Below, one piece after another: positions 35,217-46,612 of a stretch of 64,000 nt of DNA. The notes below the pieces were generated by a model. It was given only the letters and a program-made list of their open reading frames with translations, searched no databases and was not told the origin of the DNA. This stretch comes from a virus: IMG/VR virus record IMGVR_UViG_3300029210_000253, one strand, 5' to 3'. Both the position numbers and the translations under genes were made by a program. How positions within the stretch are numbered: the stretch's first letter is position 1; each line of letters begins with the position of its first letter.

Positions 35217-36356
35217 ATGGCATACGGAAAGAAAAATCATGTAAAGTTAGATCCATTATCATATAATATTTGTCTTCTTGGTGAAAGTAAAGTTGGTAAA
35301 ACAACTCTTATTAAAGAGGTTTGTGAGAAACTTGCTGGTGATGATGGATATATGTTTTTAGAATGCGGTCAGGAACGTGGTGCTGATGCAATTGAGAATA
35401 TCTCATATGTAAACTGTCCAGAATGGCAGATGGATTATGATGAATTTTCAAATAGTGCAGGTTTTGAAGATGTATGCGATGACATCATTGAAAACAAAAC
35501 AACAGATTATCCTAATTTAAAGGTTGTTATTGTAGACACATACGATCAGCTGATTACTCTTGCAGAGGAAGAATCTAAAAGATTATGGAATAGAGAGAAT
35601 CCAGATAAGAGAACTAATTCTATTAACGCTGCATGGGGCGGTTTTGGAAAAGGTGAGAAAAAAGCTATTGAGATTATGTTCAATAAAATTGCTGAATTAA
35701 GAAATGTCGGTGTTTCAACAATTATTATTGGTCATATTAAAACCAAGGATATTTCTGATCCAGTATCAGGTGAGACATATCAGATTCTTACATCTGATCA
35801 GCAGCAGAATTATTTTAATGCACTTAAGAAAAATCTTCATTTCTTAGGGCTTGCATATATTGATAGGCAGATTATTAAAGAAAAGACTGGAAAGAAAAAT
35901 ATTGTTACCAACAAAGAGGAACAGGTTAATAAAGTAAAAAGTGAGTCAAGAAAGATTAAGTTTAGAGACGATAATTTTTGCGTAGATAGTGGTTCACGTT
36001 TTGCCAATATCATTCCTGAAATTGATTTAGATGCAGATCAGTTTATCAAGGCTTTAACAGACGCAATTAAAGCTGAACAGTCAAAATCTGGCAAAACAAT
36101 TGAACAGTCAAAGGCTGAACAGGAAGCCGAAGAGGCAAAAAAGTTAAAAGAAGTTGCAGAAGTTGAAAGAGCTAAAAAAGAGTCTAAAAAGCTTGAAGAT
36201 ATAATTATGCAGATTACCGATTATATTAAAGCTAACAAGTCTGATATGGATAAAATTAAGCCTATCATTGCCAAAACAAAAGAACTTGGATACGAAAATC
36301 CAACAACAATTAGCAAAATTGAAGATGCCGAATCAGTATTAGCACTTATTTCATAA
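35217..36356 (+). CDS. RecA-fold AAA ATPase, Sak4-like (phage recombination/replication ATPase)
   Basis: Walker A LGESKVGKTT near the N-terminus; AAA_24-like architecture. Confidence 0.6.
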   Translation: MAYGKKNHVKLDPLSYNICLLGESKVGKTTLIKEVCEKLAGDDGYMFLECGQERGADAIENISYVNCPEWQMDYDEFSNSAGFEDVCDDIIENKTTDYPNLKVVIVDTYDQLITLAEEESKRLWNRENPDKRTNSINAAWGGFGKGEKKAIEIMFNKIAELRNVGVSTIIIGHIKTKDISDPVSGETYQILTSDQQQNYFNALKKNLHFLGLAYIDRQIIKEKTGKKNIVTNKEEQVNKVKSESRKIKFRDDNFCVDSGSRFANIIPEIDLDADQFIKALTDAIKAEQSKSGKTIEQSKAEQEAEEAKKLKEVAEVERAKKESKKLEDIIMQITDYIKANKSDMDKIKPIIAKTKELGYENPTTISKIEDAESVLALIS

Positions 36357-36827
36357 ATGTCTGGGGGGATTGAATTGAGAATGACGAGTATTGAAAAAAA
36401 ACAATTGGATGAATTATACCAATATGTAAAAAAAGAAATACTCTTTTATGATGATTCTCAGTCAATCCCTTCTAGCTTCGTATTGAGGCTAAAGGGATTG
36501 ACAAAAGGGAAATATTTAGAGAATAAAAAAATTGAAGATAAAGCTGATTATTCATATCAAATTATTCTTTTTACTTTTCAAATTTGCAAACCCCAAATTA
36601 TGAATGCCATTAGTAGTAAGGAATTTAAAAATGAACAGCAGAAATTTAATTATATCTGCAAAATAGTAGAAAACAATATAAATGATGTGTATATGAGAGT
36701 TCAAAAGACCCAAAAGGTTGAAGAAAATATTCAGTCTTTAGATACAGATATTCTTTCTCATGATGGTGGTACATACCAGAAAAAGACTGAAGAAGTAAAA
36801 AATAAACGATTAAATGAACTGTGGTAA
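36357..36827 (+). CDS. hypothetical protein
   Basis: ATG overlaps the upstream TAA. Confidence 0.5.
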   Translation: MSGGIELRMTSIEKKQLDELYQYVKKEILFYDDSQSIPSSFVLRLKGLTKGKYLENKKIEDKADYSYQIILFTFQICKPQIMNAISSKEFKNEQQKFNYICKIVENNINDVYMRVQKTQKVEENIQSLDTDILSHDGGTYQKKTEEVKNKRLNELW

Positions 36828-38349
36828 GGCGGTGGACACAATAGCAACAGCAAAAAATACTACAAAGGGTAATAAACTAACTCCGTTTGAACAAGAGTTA
36901 GTTGAGACAATAAAGAAAATAAATGAATACAAGGAAGCATGTGAGGCTAATGTAGTAAGCATTTTATATAAAAATCCAGATTCTATTTTTGAGACTAATC
37001 TTACATTGGAAGAGTTTCATAATAATATATGGCGTGTATATTGGACTATCGCAAATGATATCGTAAAGATTGAAAAGAAAAATGTACTTGATGATATTAC
37101 GGTGGGCTTATATCTTGAAAAACATCCTAAATTAAGAAGCAAGTATGAAGAGTATGGTGGATATGACACAATTGTAAATGCTGGTGCTTATGTTAATACA
37201 GATAATTTGTATGGCTATATCCAGGAATTACGAAAATGGAATGGAGTAATAAAACTTGCAAAACGTGGGTGTCCTGTAAAAGATAGATTAAGTGATTACT
37301 GTGATATGACAGCAGAGGAAATCTATAATGAGTGGGAAGCATTTATTAATGATATATTTGTAAACATTGATTGCGATGTTAAAAGTTATGATATTTGCGA
37401 TGGAATTTACAATCTAATTGAAGAACTTGATGAAGGTCTGGCAATTGGTCTTCCATATCATAACATGGATATGATAACCAAGGAAACAGGTGGGCAGTAT
37501 TTAGGATCTATCACACTGGTTGGTGGTTTAAGTAATGTCGGAAAGTCTACATTTGCCAGAAATGCCACGATACCAACAGCAATAAAAGAACAAGAACGTG
37601 TTGTGGCAATGATCAATGAGGATAATTTAAAGAAATGGCAAAGAGAACTTCTTATATTTGTTGCAAATAATATCATAAAGGAAGACTTACAGAAACATAT
37701 TGTTAGAGATGGCCATTACCAGGATAATACTAAGGCATTGCTTTATAAAGCTGCTGATTGGATTAAAGAACAGACCCAAAATCATATTATTACTGTGGTG
37801 CCATTTAAACAATATAAAACTAAAAATGCTATCAAGATTATTAAAAAATATTCGAGTATGGGTGTAAAGTATTTTATTCTTGATACATTCAAAATGGATG
37901 CTGGCGATGTAAGCGATAAATCATGGCTTGAAATGCAGCAGAATATGGTTGAAATCAATGATGTTATAAAACCAGAATCTAAAAATTTACATATCTTGAT
38001 TACATTTCAGTTAGCAAAAGGTAGTGTAAAACAAAGATATTACACACAGGATAATATTGGTATGTCAAAAAATATTATTGATCCTGCTTCAACTTGTATC
38101 ATGATTCGTGATTTATATGATGATGAATACACAGGCGAAAGAAGAGAATTAAAAGTATACAGGCTTGAAGGGAAAAATGGTAAAACAAAAATTCCAGTTA
38201 AATTAGACAAGGATAAACATTATCAAATTGCGTTTATTATAAAAAACAGAGAAGGATCTGCTAATAGATACCAGGTGGTATTCGAACATGACATGTCTCG
38301 AAATATCATGAAAGAAATTGGCATTACAAATGTTCCTGTCGATTTTTAA
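36814..38349 (+). CDS. DnaB-like replicative DNA helicase
   Basis: RecA-like C-terminal domain with Walker A LVGGLSNVGKSTFARN; size and N-terminal domain fit DnaB. Confidence 0.7.
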   Translation: MNCGKAVDTIATAKNTTKGNKLTPFEQELVETIKKINEYKEACEANVVSILYKNPDSIFETNLTLEEFHNNIWRVYWTIANDIVKIEKKNVLDDITVGLYLEKHPKLRSKYEEYGGYDTIVNAGAYVNTDNLYGYIQELRKWNGVIKLAKRGCPVKDRLSDYCDMTAEEIYNEWEAFINDIFVNIDCDVKSYDICDGIYNLIEELDEGLAIGLPYHNMDMITKETGGQYLGSITLVGGLSNVGKSTFARNATIPTAIKEQERVVAMINEDNLKKWQRELLIFVANNIIKEDLQKHIVRDGHYQDNTKALLYKAADWIKEQTQNHIITVVPFKQYKTKNAIKIIKKYSSMGVKYFILDTFKMDAGDVSDKSWLEMQQNMVEINDVIKPESKNLHILITFQLAKGSVKQRYYTQDNIGMSKNIIDPASTCIMIRDLYDDEYTGERRELKVYRLEGKNGKTKIPVKLDKDKHYQIAFIIKNREGSANRYQVVFEHDMSRNIMKEIGITNVPVDF

Positions 38350-38364
38350 GGTGGTGAAAGTTAT

Positions 38365-39441
38365 ATGACCGTTTTGGAATTAAAAAAATATATTTTCCAA
38401 AAAGGTAAAATTGAATTTATATTAAATGAGATTGGGTGCGGTCATATACTATATCACCCATCTAAAGAATATTATAGTTGTTCTAATTGTAATGGCGACA
38501 ATAAAACAGCCATAAATATAAAAAATAATGAATATTTAAATTGCGTGAATTATACCAGAGAAAAATATTTTGATGATAATTCTGATTTGCTTACTCTTGT
38601 ACAATATAACAAAAGTATCAATGATAAGAGTTTTACTTTTTTTGATACGGTTAAATATCTACATAAAATCTTAGGGCTTCCCCTTACTTTTAAAAAAGAA
38701 GAAAAGAAAGAAGTAATTGATCCATTATATATATTTAAAAAAATCAAAGCAAGAAAGAAGCGTCAAAATGTTCTTGATTTTAATATATTAGACGAAAATG
38801 AATTACACGATTTTGTACCATATATTCATATTGATTTATATAGAGAAGGGATAATGCCATGGACCATTAAAAAGTTTGGTTTGGCATATAGTTATAGATA
38901 TAAACGCAATGTATTCCCATTAAGATATTGGTTAACAGGCGAATTGCTTGGTTTTAATATGAGGACGTCAATTGAAAATTATGAACTTTTTGACATCAAG
39001 AAATATTTTATAACGCCTGGATATCCTAAACAAATGAATTTGTATGGATTATGGGAAAATAAAAAAACAATACAAGAAAAAGGATATGTTGTTGTTTTTG
39101 AAGCAGAAAAATCAGTTCTTAAACGGGATAGTTTAAATGATAGCACAGGTGTTGCTGTTAGTGGACATGAAATTTCTGATGAGCAAGCAAAAATACTTAT
39201 TGGTCTAAATTGCGAAATTATTATTGCATTTGATAAAGATATAGAAATTGAACATGTAAGACATTGTTGTGAAAAGTTTTATGGTATTAGAAAAGTATCT
39301 TATATATGGGATAAATATGATTTACTAGGAAAGAAAGACAGTCCGGCAGATGCAGCAAATAAGATATATAAATATTTATTTGAATATCGGATTGTTTATG
39401 ATGAATTGGAACATAAAAAATATATAAAAAGTTTAAGATAG
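38365..39441 (+). CDS. DNA primase (zinc-finger + TOPRIM)
   Basis: N-terminal CGH...C..C zinc-binding segment. TOPRIM signatures VVVFEAEKSV (conserved Glu) and IIIAFDKDIE (DxD). Confidence 0.65.
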   Translation: MTVLELKKYIFQKGKIEFILNEIGCGHILYHPSKEYYSCSNCNGDNKTAINIKNNEYLNCVNYTREKYFDDNSDLLTLVQYNKSINDKSFTFFDTVKYLHKILGLPLTFKKEEKKEVIDPLYIFKKIKARKKRQNVLDFNILDENELHDFVPYIHIDLYREGIMPWTIKKFGLAYSYRYKRNVFPLRYWLTGELLGFNMRTSIENYELFDIKKYFITPGYPKQMNLYGLWENKKTIQEKGYVVVFEAEKSVLKRDSLNDSTGVAVSGHEISDEQAKILIGLNCEIIIAFDKDIEIEHVRHCCEKFYGIRKVSYIWDKYDLLGKKDSPADAANKIYKYLFEYRIVYDELEHKKYIKSLR

Positions 39442-39449
39442 GTTGGTGT

Positions 39450-40643
39450 TTGATGGGCAGAAAAACTAAAGAAGAACTAGAAAAAGTAAAAAAGAAATAT
39501 AATGTAGATCAATTATGGAGTTGGAGCAGATTTAATTCATATCATAACAGTCCATATGAATACTACTTAAAATATATAGCAAAAAAACCAGAAGATAGAC
39601 AGGATTGTATTTATACAACAACGGGTGGAATGGCACATGATATTATGGAAAAGCTATATACTGGCAAAATAGCATATGAAAATATGGATGTAGATTTCGA
39701 AGATGTGTGGATGACGGCTGGTATTGCAGAATTAAAATTTGATAGAAACGATTCTGAAAAGAACAAAAAGATTTCTGATAAGTATTATAAAAATCTCAAA
39801 CATTTCTTTAATCATCATATTAAAATTCCATATAAATTACAAATTGAACAATTTATTACGGTGTTAATTGGCAAAAATGTATTCCAGGGTTATATAGATG
39901 CTTGTTATAAGGACGAAGATGGTGTTTACAACATTTTAGATTGGAAAACCAGTTCAATATATAAAGGTGAAAAAGCACTTAATGAATGTGGGCAGCTAGT
40001 AGTATATGCAATTGGATTGCATCAGATGGGGATTCCATTTGAAAATATAAAGATATGTTGGAACTTTTTAAAATATGTAAAAGTTGATTGTAAACAGGCT
40101 AATGGTAAATGGACAACAAGAGAAATAGAAAGATGTGAAATTGGATCAAAGTTACAAACAAGTGCCAAAATGTGGTTAAAGAAATATGGATATGAAGATC
40201 AGTTAATAGAATATCTTGATGCTTTAGTTCAGACAAATGATATTAGTAGTCTTCCAGAAGATGTACAGTCTAATTTTGTGTTTCATGATTGTACAGTGTA
40301 TGTTGATTTAACGCAGGATCTAATTGATAGATGGGTAACTGATATCGTAAATACGATTGATGAAATTGAAGATAAAGAAAAAAGATACTATATGTCTCAT
40401 GATGAAAAAATATTTTATGATACTCCAGAACAAGTAGAAAAACAAAGTTATTATTTTTCAACATTGTGTGCGTATTCTCCTAATTTACATAAACCATATA
40501 AATTGTATTTAGATAAATTAGAAGCTAAGAAAAATGGCGGCAATTTTTTTGATGGTATGGGGATGAATACAGATGACAAAGAGCTGACAACTGAGAATAA
40601 TGTTGTAGAAGATGAAGATTTATCCTGGTTAGATCAATTATAA
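39450..40643 (+). CDS. PD-(D/E)xK nuclease (RecB/Cas4-like exonuclease)
   Basis: Core motifs GYIDACYKDEDGVYNILDWKTSS (D...E.K / iDyKT). Confidence 0.6.
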   Translation: MMGRKTKEELEKVKKKYNVDQLWSWSRFNSYHNSPYEYYLKYIAKKPEDRQDCIYTTTGGMAHDIMEKLYTGKIAYENMDVDFEDVWMTAGIAELKFDRNDSEKNKKISDKYYKNLKHFFNHHIKIPYKLQIEQFITVLIGKNVFQGYIDACYKDEDGVYNILDWKTSSIYKGEKALNECGQLVVYAIGLHQMGIPFENIKICWNFLKYVKVDCKQANGKWTTREIERCEIGSKLQTSAKMWLKKYGYEDQLIEYLDALVQTNDISSLPEDVQSNFVFHDCTVYVDLTQDLIDRWVTDIVNTIDEIEDKEKRYYMSHDEKIFYDTPEQVEKQSYYFSTLCAYSPNLHKPYKLYLDKLEAKKNGGNFFDGMGMNTDDKELTTENNVVEDEDLSWLDQL

Positions 40644-40648
40644 AAGAG

Positions 40649-43600
40649 GTGAGAACAATCGCAAGCAAAAATTATACAATATATCATTTGCATAGTGATT
40701 TATCAAATGGTGTAACAAATATAGACAGTGTGACAAAGTATCATGAATATATTGAAGCTGCAAAAAATTGTGGTATGAAAGCTATGGGTTTCGCAGAACA
40801 TGGATCAATACTTGAGTGGGTTCATAAAAAGACTAAGATTGAAGCTGCCGGAATGAAATATATCCATGGTGAAGAATTTTATGTAACAGAAAAATTATAT
40901 TTTGATCCAGAGATTCCTGATGAATTATATGAGTCACTACTTGGATGTGATCCAAAAGAATCGCAAGCTGAAATAGAAGAATATATTGAAAGTAATAAAA
41001 CTCAAAAAAGAGATAATTATCATGTGGTTTTAATTGCAAAAAATTACGATGGAGTAGTTGAGTTAAATGAATTATCATCAAGAGCATTCCGAAGAGATGG
41101 TCATTTTTATTACAACCCACGAATTTCATTTGATGAATTAATTTCTACATCTGATAACATTATCGTATGTACGGCGTGTATTGGTGGTATTTTAGCAAGT
41201 GGAACACCGGAAATTCAAGAATCATTTTTGAAGTTTCTTATAAAAAATAAAGATAGGTGTTATCTTGAAATACAGCATCATAATGACGATATACAGATTA
41301 AATATAATCAGTATTTGGATATGATTTCAAAAAAACATGGCATTCCATTAATTGCTGGCACAGATACTCATGCATTAAATGAAGATCATTTACGTGGTAG
41401 AGCTATCATGCAAAAATCTAAAGAAGTTAAATTTGATATTGAAAGTAATTGGGATTTAACCTTTAAAACTTATGACGAATTAGTTGCTGCTTATGAAAAA
41501 CAGGGTGCTTTGGCAAAAGATATTTATTTGACAGCAATTGAGAATACGAATGTAATGGCTGATAGAATTGAAGAATTTAAGTTGGATTATACAAAAAAAT
41601 ATCCTAAGTTGTATAGCGATTCTATGGCGGTGTTCAAACAAAAAATTCTTGAAGGAATAAAACAACGTGGTGTAAATAAATATCCAAATTTTCAGAAATA
41701 TAAAGATAAAATTACATATGAGCTTGAAACGTACAAACATAATGATGCTATTGATTTTATGTTGCTTGAAGAAGACTATAAACGTGAATTAAGAAAGCAA
41801 GGCGTACATTATGGATATTCAAGAGGCTCTGTTTCTGGAAGTATTATTGCTTATTTATTAGGCATTACTGATGTTGATAGTATTAAATATAATCTAAACT
41901 TTGAGCGTTTCATGAACAAGGAAAGAGTTAGTCTTGCAGATGTTGATTCTGATTGGTTTAGCGAAGATAGATGGAAAGTAAGAAAATATCTTTTTGAAAA
42001 AGAAGGCTTGTATTGTTGTAATATTGTTACATTTAATACAATCAAAATGCGTGGTGCTATTAAAGATGTTGGAAGAGCATTAGGAATGACTCCACAAGAA
42101 ACACAAGATATTTGTAATCAGGTACAAGAAGACGAAAAGAAAAAGGAATTTGTAGCAGATAAAGTACGAGAAAAATATAAATTGTTATTTGAATATGTTG
42201 ATATAGTTACTGGTACAATTACTTCCCTTGGAAGACACGCTGCAGGTCTTGTTGTTTCACCACATGAAGTAGATAAAGCTTTTGGAACATTATATATTTC
42301 TTCGGATGATAAACCTGTATCACAGATAAATATGAAAGAGATTGATTCTCTAAACTATGTCAAACTTGATGTGCTTGGCTTAGATGCTGTAGGACTTATT
42401 GATAAAACATGTAAAGCAGCAGGTATTCCATTTTTAACACCTGATAATATGGATTTTAATGATAAAGCTGTTTGGGATGACATTTCAAAAGATACTACTC
42501 TTATTTTTCAGTTTGAATCAGATTTTGCTGGTTCATATCTTAGAGATATTCTTCGAGAATCCACAATTAAAAATATTAAAAAGAAGAACCCTAATTTCTC
42601 ATATATTGACTTGATGAGTATGGCTAATGGTGCTATTAGACCGGCAGGTGAATCATATCGAACAGAACTATCTCAAGGAATTTATAGAGATAATGGGCAT
42701 CCAGCGCTAAATGAATTTTTAGCACCAACATTAGGTTATTTGGTATATCAGGAGCAAATTATTGAATTTTTACATAAATTCTGTGGTTTTACAATGGGTG
42801 AAGCAGATGTTGTTAGAAGACATTTTAGCAAAAAAACAGGTACAGAAACAGATATTCCAATTATTAAAGATGGCGGATATTTATCAGATAACAAAACACA
42901 TTACATAAAAGGCTTTGTTCAAACTATGAAGGAAGAATATAATGTTGAAAAAGATGAAGCAGAACAACTCATTGGTAATTTTTTACAGGTTATTATAGAT
43001 GCAAGCGATTATCTTTTTTCGAAAAACCATGCTGATCCATATACATTCTTGGGGTTTGCATGTGCATATTTAAGACATTATTATCCATTAGAAACAATAA
43101 CATCAGCTCTAAATATTTATGTTTCAGATAAAGAAAAATCATTGAATATTAAAGAGTATGCAATAACCAAAGGATATTCTATCGAACCAATTAAATTCCG
43201 AAAATCAAGGGCAGAATATGAGTTTGATAAAGAGAATAACAAAATATATCAAGGTATTGCATCTATTAAATATTGTAATAGTATTATCGCAGATGAGTTA
43301 TATGCGTTAAAAGATAATAAATATAATACGTTTGTCGAGTTACTTGCTGATATTAAAAATAAAACATCTGTTAATACTAGACAGTTAGAAATTCTAACAG
43401 GTCTTAATTTCTTTTCAGAGTTTGGGAAAAATAAATATCTTCTTAATGTTATAAGTATCTATGATAAGTTTTCATCTTGTAAACAGATCAATAAATCTAA
43501 ACTAGACTCCCTTGGGATTACTGAATTCATTGCAAAAAAATATTCAGAAAAAGAAACGGCTTCTTTATTCAAAGGAATTGACAACATTGGATTAGTAACA

Positions 43601-43972
43601 GAATTATGTAAGAATTTAGAGAATAAAGAAATGGGTATTATTGAGATGGTTAAGTTTGAAAAAGAACATCTTGAAATGGTTGTATATACAAATGAAAAAG
43701 TAGGAAATGATTATTATATTATTGTTGACTATAAAACTTATAAAGATACGACCAAACCTTATTTTACAGCAAGGAAAATTAGAACAGGTGAAGAAATTCA
43801 TTCAAGGATTAAACAAAGTAAAATATTTAAGGAAAATCCATTTGGCTTATATTCTGTATTAAAAATAAGAGAATTTACACCAGATTTTAAAAAGAAGTTT
43901 ATTGATGGCGAATGGAGAGTCACAGATGAAACAGAAGATATCTTGACCGAATATGAGGTGATAAAAAGTTGA
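40649..43972 (+). CDS. dnaE: DNA polymerase III alpha subunit (DnaE-type, N-terminal PHP domain)
   Basis: N-terminal IYHLHSDLSNG matches the PHP motif FxHLHVHSxYSxLDG; 1107 aa; GTG start. Confidence 0.85.
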   Translation: MRTIASKNYTIYHLHSDLSNGVTNIDSVTKYHEYIEAAKNCGMKAMGFAEHGSILEWVHKKTKIEAAGMKYIHGEEFYVTEKLYFDPEIPDELYESLLGCDPKESQAEIEEYIESNKTQKRDNYHVVLIAKNYDGVVELNELSSRAFRRDGHFYYNPRISFDELISTSDNIIVCTACIGGILASGTPEIQESFLKFLIKNKDRCYLEIQHHNDDIQIKYNQYLDMISKKHGIPLIAGTDTHALNEDHLRGRAIMQKSKEVKFDIESNWDLTFKTYDELVAAYEKQGALAKDIYLTAIENTNVMADRIEEFKLDYTKKYPKLYSDSMAVFKQKILEGIKQRGVNKYPNFQKYKDKITYELETYKHNDAIDFMLLEEDYKRELRKQGVHYGYSRGSVSGSIIAYLLGITDVDSIKYNLNFERFMNKERVSLADVDSDWFSEDRWKVRKYLFEKEGLYCCNIVTFNTIKMRGAIKDVGRALGMTPQETQDICNQVQEDEKKKEFVADKVREKYKLLFEYVDIVTGTITSLGRHAAGLVVSPHEVDKAFGTLYISSDDKPVSQINMKEIDSLNYVKLDVLGLDAVGLIDKTCKAAGIPFLTPDNMDFNDKAVWDDISKDTTLIFQFESDFAGSYLRDILRESTIKNIKKKNPNFSYIDLMSMANGAIRPAGESYRTELSQGIYRDNGHPALNEFLAPTLGYLVYQEQIIEFLHKFCGFTMGEADVVRRHFSKKTGTETDIPIIKDGGYLSDNKTHYIKGFVQTMKEEYNVEKDEAEQLIGNFLQVIIDASDYLFSKNHADPYTFLGFACAYLRHYYPLETITSALNIYVSDKEKSLNIKEYAITKGYSIEPIKFRKSRAEYEFDKENNKIYQGIASIKYCNSIIADELYALKDNKYNTFVELLADIKNKTSVNTRQLEILTGLNFFSEFGKNKYLLNVISIYDKFSSCKQINKSKLDSLGITEFIAKKYSEKETASLFKGIDNIGLVTELCKNLENKEMGIIEMVKFEKEHLEMVVYTNEKVGNDYYIIVDYKTYKDTTKPYFTARKIRTGEEIHSRIKQSKIFKENPFGLYSVLKIREFTPDFKKKFIDGEWRVTDETEDILTEYEVIKS

Positions 43973-46263
43973 GAAATAAAAATGAAAAAGAAATTCTGTT
44001 TAAAGGAAAGATTATAAGGAAAACTTATGATGGTGGTGATTATAAAATCTATGCGGTAGATGTTAATAAAAACATCTACCCTGACATTAAATTTACTAAA
44101 TATGGAAGTGCTACAATTTGTGGAGAAATGTATGAACTCGGTACTGGAATTGAATATGAAATCAAAGCTATAGAACAAAATACAAAATATGGATACAGCT
44201 ATAAAGTTCTTAATATTAGGAGAGACAGGCCACAATCAGCTTCGGACATGTATGCATTTTTACAAGAAATACTTACGCCAAAACAGGCTAAAACTTTATA
44301 TGAGGTATATCCAGATATTGTTGATAGGGTAATGAATAATCGGCTTGATGATATTGATTTAAATAAATTATATGGTATTAAAGAATATACATTCAATATT
44401 ATAAAAGATAAAATTATTGAAAATTTTTGTCTTGCAGAATTGGTAGTTGAATTTCAAGGGTTATTAAGCCTTTCAATGCTGAAAAAATTATATGAGAAAT
44501 ATACCTCTATTAATATGATAAAGAAAAAACTTAGAGAAGATCCTTATAAATGTCTATGTGGATTAGCCAGAGTTGGATTCACAACTGCCGATGGGATTCT
44601 TTTAGAACTTGAGAAAACATCAAAAGATGGCAAGGCTATTATTGAATTTGATACTGATTTAAAAACAAGTAAACATAGGTGTTTGTCATGCATGTTATAT
44701 CTTCTTGAAAAAAATGAAGATGATGGCCATACACTAATGACTATAAATGAATTAAGAAATCAATGTATTAAATTAGTTCCTGCATGTGCAGATCATTTTG
44801 TAGAATGTATAAAACATGAAAGTATTTATTATAATAAAGATTCTATGGTGGTTTCACTAAAATCTACTTATGAGATTGAAAGGTATATAGCAAAAAATAT
44901 AATAGCAGGGCTTGTTAATACACGTAATAAATGGGAGTTTGATTATAAAAAGTATCATCTTGTGAATGGATGCGAGCTTTCAGATGAACAGCTAGAAATT
45001 GTAAAAAATATTTGCAGATATAATATATGCATCCTTAATGGCGCTGGTGGTACAGGTAAGTCTTTCTGTACTCAAGCGGTTATAAATATGTTAAAGGATA
45101 ATGATAAATCATTTAAATTATTTTCTCCAACTGGGAAAGCAGCAAAAGTATTATCAGATTATACAAATGAAATAGCAACAACAATACATAGAGGACTTGG
45201 TTATAAGCCGCCTGATATATGGGAATTTAATGAAGAACATACTCTTGATTGTGATGTTCTTGTAATTGATGAATTCTCCATGACAGACATTTTCTTATTT
45301 AAAAGGATATTAGATGCAATTGACTTTAGTAGAACAAAATTATTAATGATTGGAGACAACGCACAGCTGCCATCAGTTTCATGCGGAAATATCTTACATG
45401 ATTTTATGGAGTCACATATTATACCTACAGTTACGTTAACAAAAGTGTTTCGTTATGGAGAAGGTGGTTTAATGAAAGTGGCTACAGATGTTCGCTTTTG
45501 TAAACCATATTTAAATAATATTCATAATCAGTTCACTTGGTTTGGCACTAATAAAGATTATGCTTTTGTGAATATCAGCAGCGATATAATGGTAAAAAAT
45601 GCTGTTGCGCTATATAGTAAATTGCTTTCACAAGGATATAAAACAGAAGACATTCAAGTGCTAACCGCATATAAAAAGGGCGATATCGGTTCATTGGCAA
45701 TCAATAATGCTATTCAAAAAGTGGCAAATCAGAATTATGGCAGCGATGATTTTATGAAGATCGGAGATGTTGTTTATTACAAAGGCGATCTTGTAATTCA
45801 GAATGTCAATAATTATCATGCACAATTATATATTGATGATGATTTTTGCTCAGATGAAGAAACATTTATTGCAAATGGCGAGACTGGAATTGTTAAAGAA
45901 GTCACGAAGGAATATTTATTAATCGATTTTGATGGTGTTAAAGTTAAATACTCTCGAAATGATATGCAAATGGTTGGTCTTGGTTACTGTATTACAATTC
46001 ACAAATCACAAGGTAGTTCAATTAAGGTTGTTATTTTACTTACACCTCAATCACACACGTTTATGCTTAATTCTAATTTGATTTATGTTGGATTAACTAG
46101 AATGAAAGAAAAGTGTTTTCATCTTGGGAATGTAGATACAGTAAATTTAGCAGTCAAAAAGAAAGCTAATTTTACAAGAGATACATTTATGCAAAAAATG
46201 TTAAAAGAAGAATGTGTGAAGATTAAATTAGAGAATAATACATCAGGAGGTGCAAACCAATGA
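43969..46263 (+). CDS. RecD-like SF1 DNA helicase
   Basis: Walker A LNGAGGTGKSF, Walker B VLVIDEFSM, C-terminal ITIHKSQGSS; TTG start. Confidence 0.8.
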   Translation: MRNKNEKEILFKGKIIRKTYDGGDYKIYAVDVNKNIYPDIKFTKYGSATICGEMYELGTGIEYEIKAIEQNTKYGYSYKVLNIRRDRPQSASDMYAFLQEILTPKQAKTLYEVYPDIVDRVMNNRLDDIDLNKLYGIKEYTFNIIKDKIIENFCLAELVVEFQGLLSLSMLKKLYEKYTSINMIKKKLREDPYKCLCGLARVGFTTADGILLELEKTSKDGKAIIEFDTDLKTSKHRCLSCMLYLLEKNEDDGHTLMTINELRNQCIKLVPACADHFVECIKHESIYYNKDSMVVSLKSTYEIERYIAKNIIAGLVNTRNKWEFDYKKYHLVNGCELSDEQLEIVKNICRYNICILNGAGGTGKSFCTQAVINMLKDNDKSFKLFSPTGKAAKVLSDYTNEIATTIHRGLGYKPPDIWEFNEEHTLDCDVLVIDEFSMTDIFLFKRILDAIDFSRTKLLMIGDNAQLPSVSCGNILHDFMESHIIPTVTLTKVFRYGEGGLMKVATDVRFCKPYLNNIHNQFTWFGTNKDYAFVNISSDIMVKNAVALYSKLLSQGYKTEDIQVLTAYKKGDIGSLAINNAIQKVANQNYGSDDFMKIGDVVYYKGDLVIQNVNNYHAQLYIDDDFCSDEETFIANGETGIVKEVTKEYLLIDFDGVKVKYSRNDMQMVGLGYCITIHKSQGSSIKVVILLTPQSHTFMLNSNLIYVGLTRMKEKCFHLGNVDTVNLAVKKKANFTRDTFMQKMLKEECVKIKLENNTSGGANQ

Positions 46264-46475
46264 AATTCATTTCACGATTATTAACTCGCAATTTTACAAA
46301 GATTCCATTATTATGGATTGGTTTCAATCTACAGAAGTTTCGGCAGGATGGTCCAGAAAATTCCTGCTACTGTGAGCTGCATCCTGAGTTAAAAAATGAT
46401 CAGCATATCATTTCCACTATGAATGAACTTTGTGATTATATTAGAGAGCATTATGATATGGAGAAAACTGTATGA
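46260..46475 (+). CDS. hypothetical protein
   Basis: AGGAGGTG RBS; overlapping start. Confidence 0.45.
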   Translation: MKFISRLLTRNFTKIPLLWIGFNLQKFRQDGPENSCYCELHPELKNDQHIISTMNELCDYIREHYDMEKTV

Positions 46476-46612
46476 CGATAGAAGAGGCAATTTGGATTTT
46501 ATGGCCTAAGACATCAGCAGGCATGATCTATCAGAGGACGAAATTATGGATAAAATTAACAAAGCATGTGTACTTGCATGTGAAATTATGAAGAAACACT
46601 TAAAGGAGAACG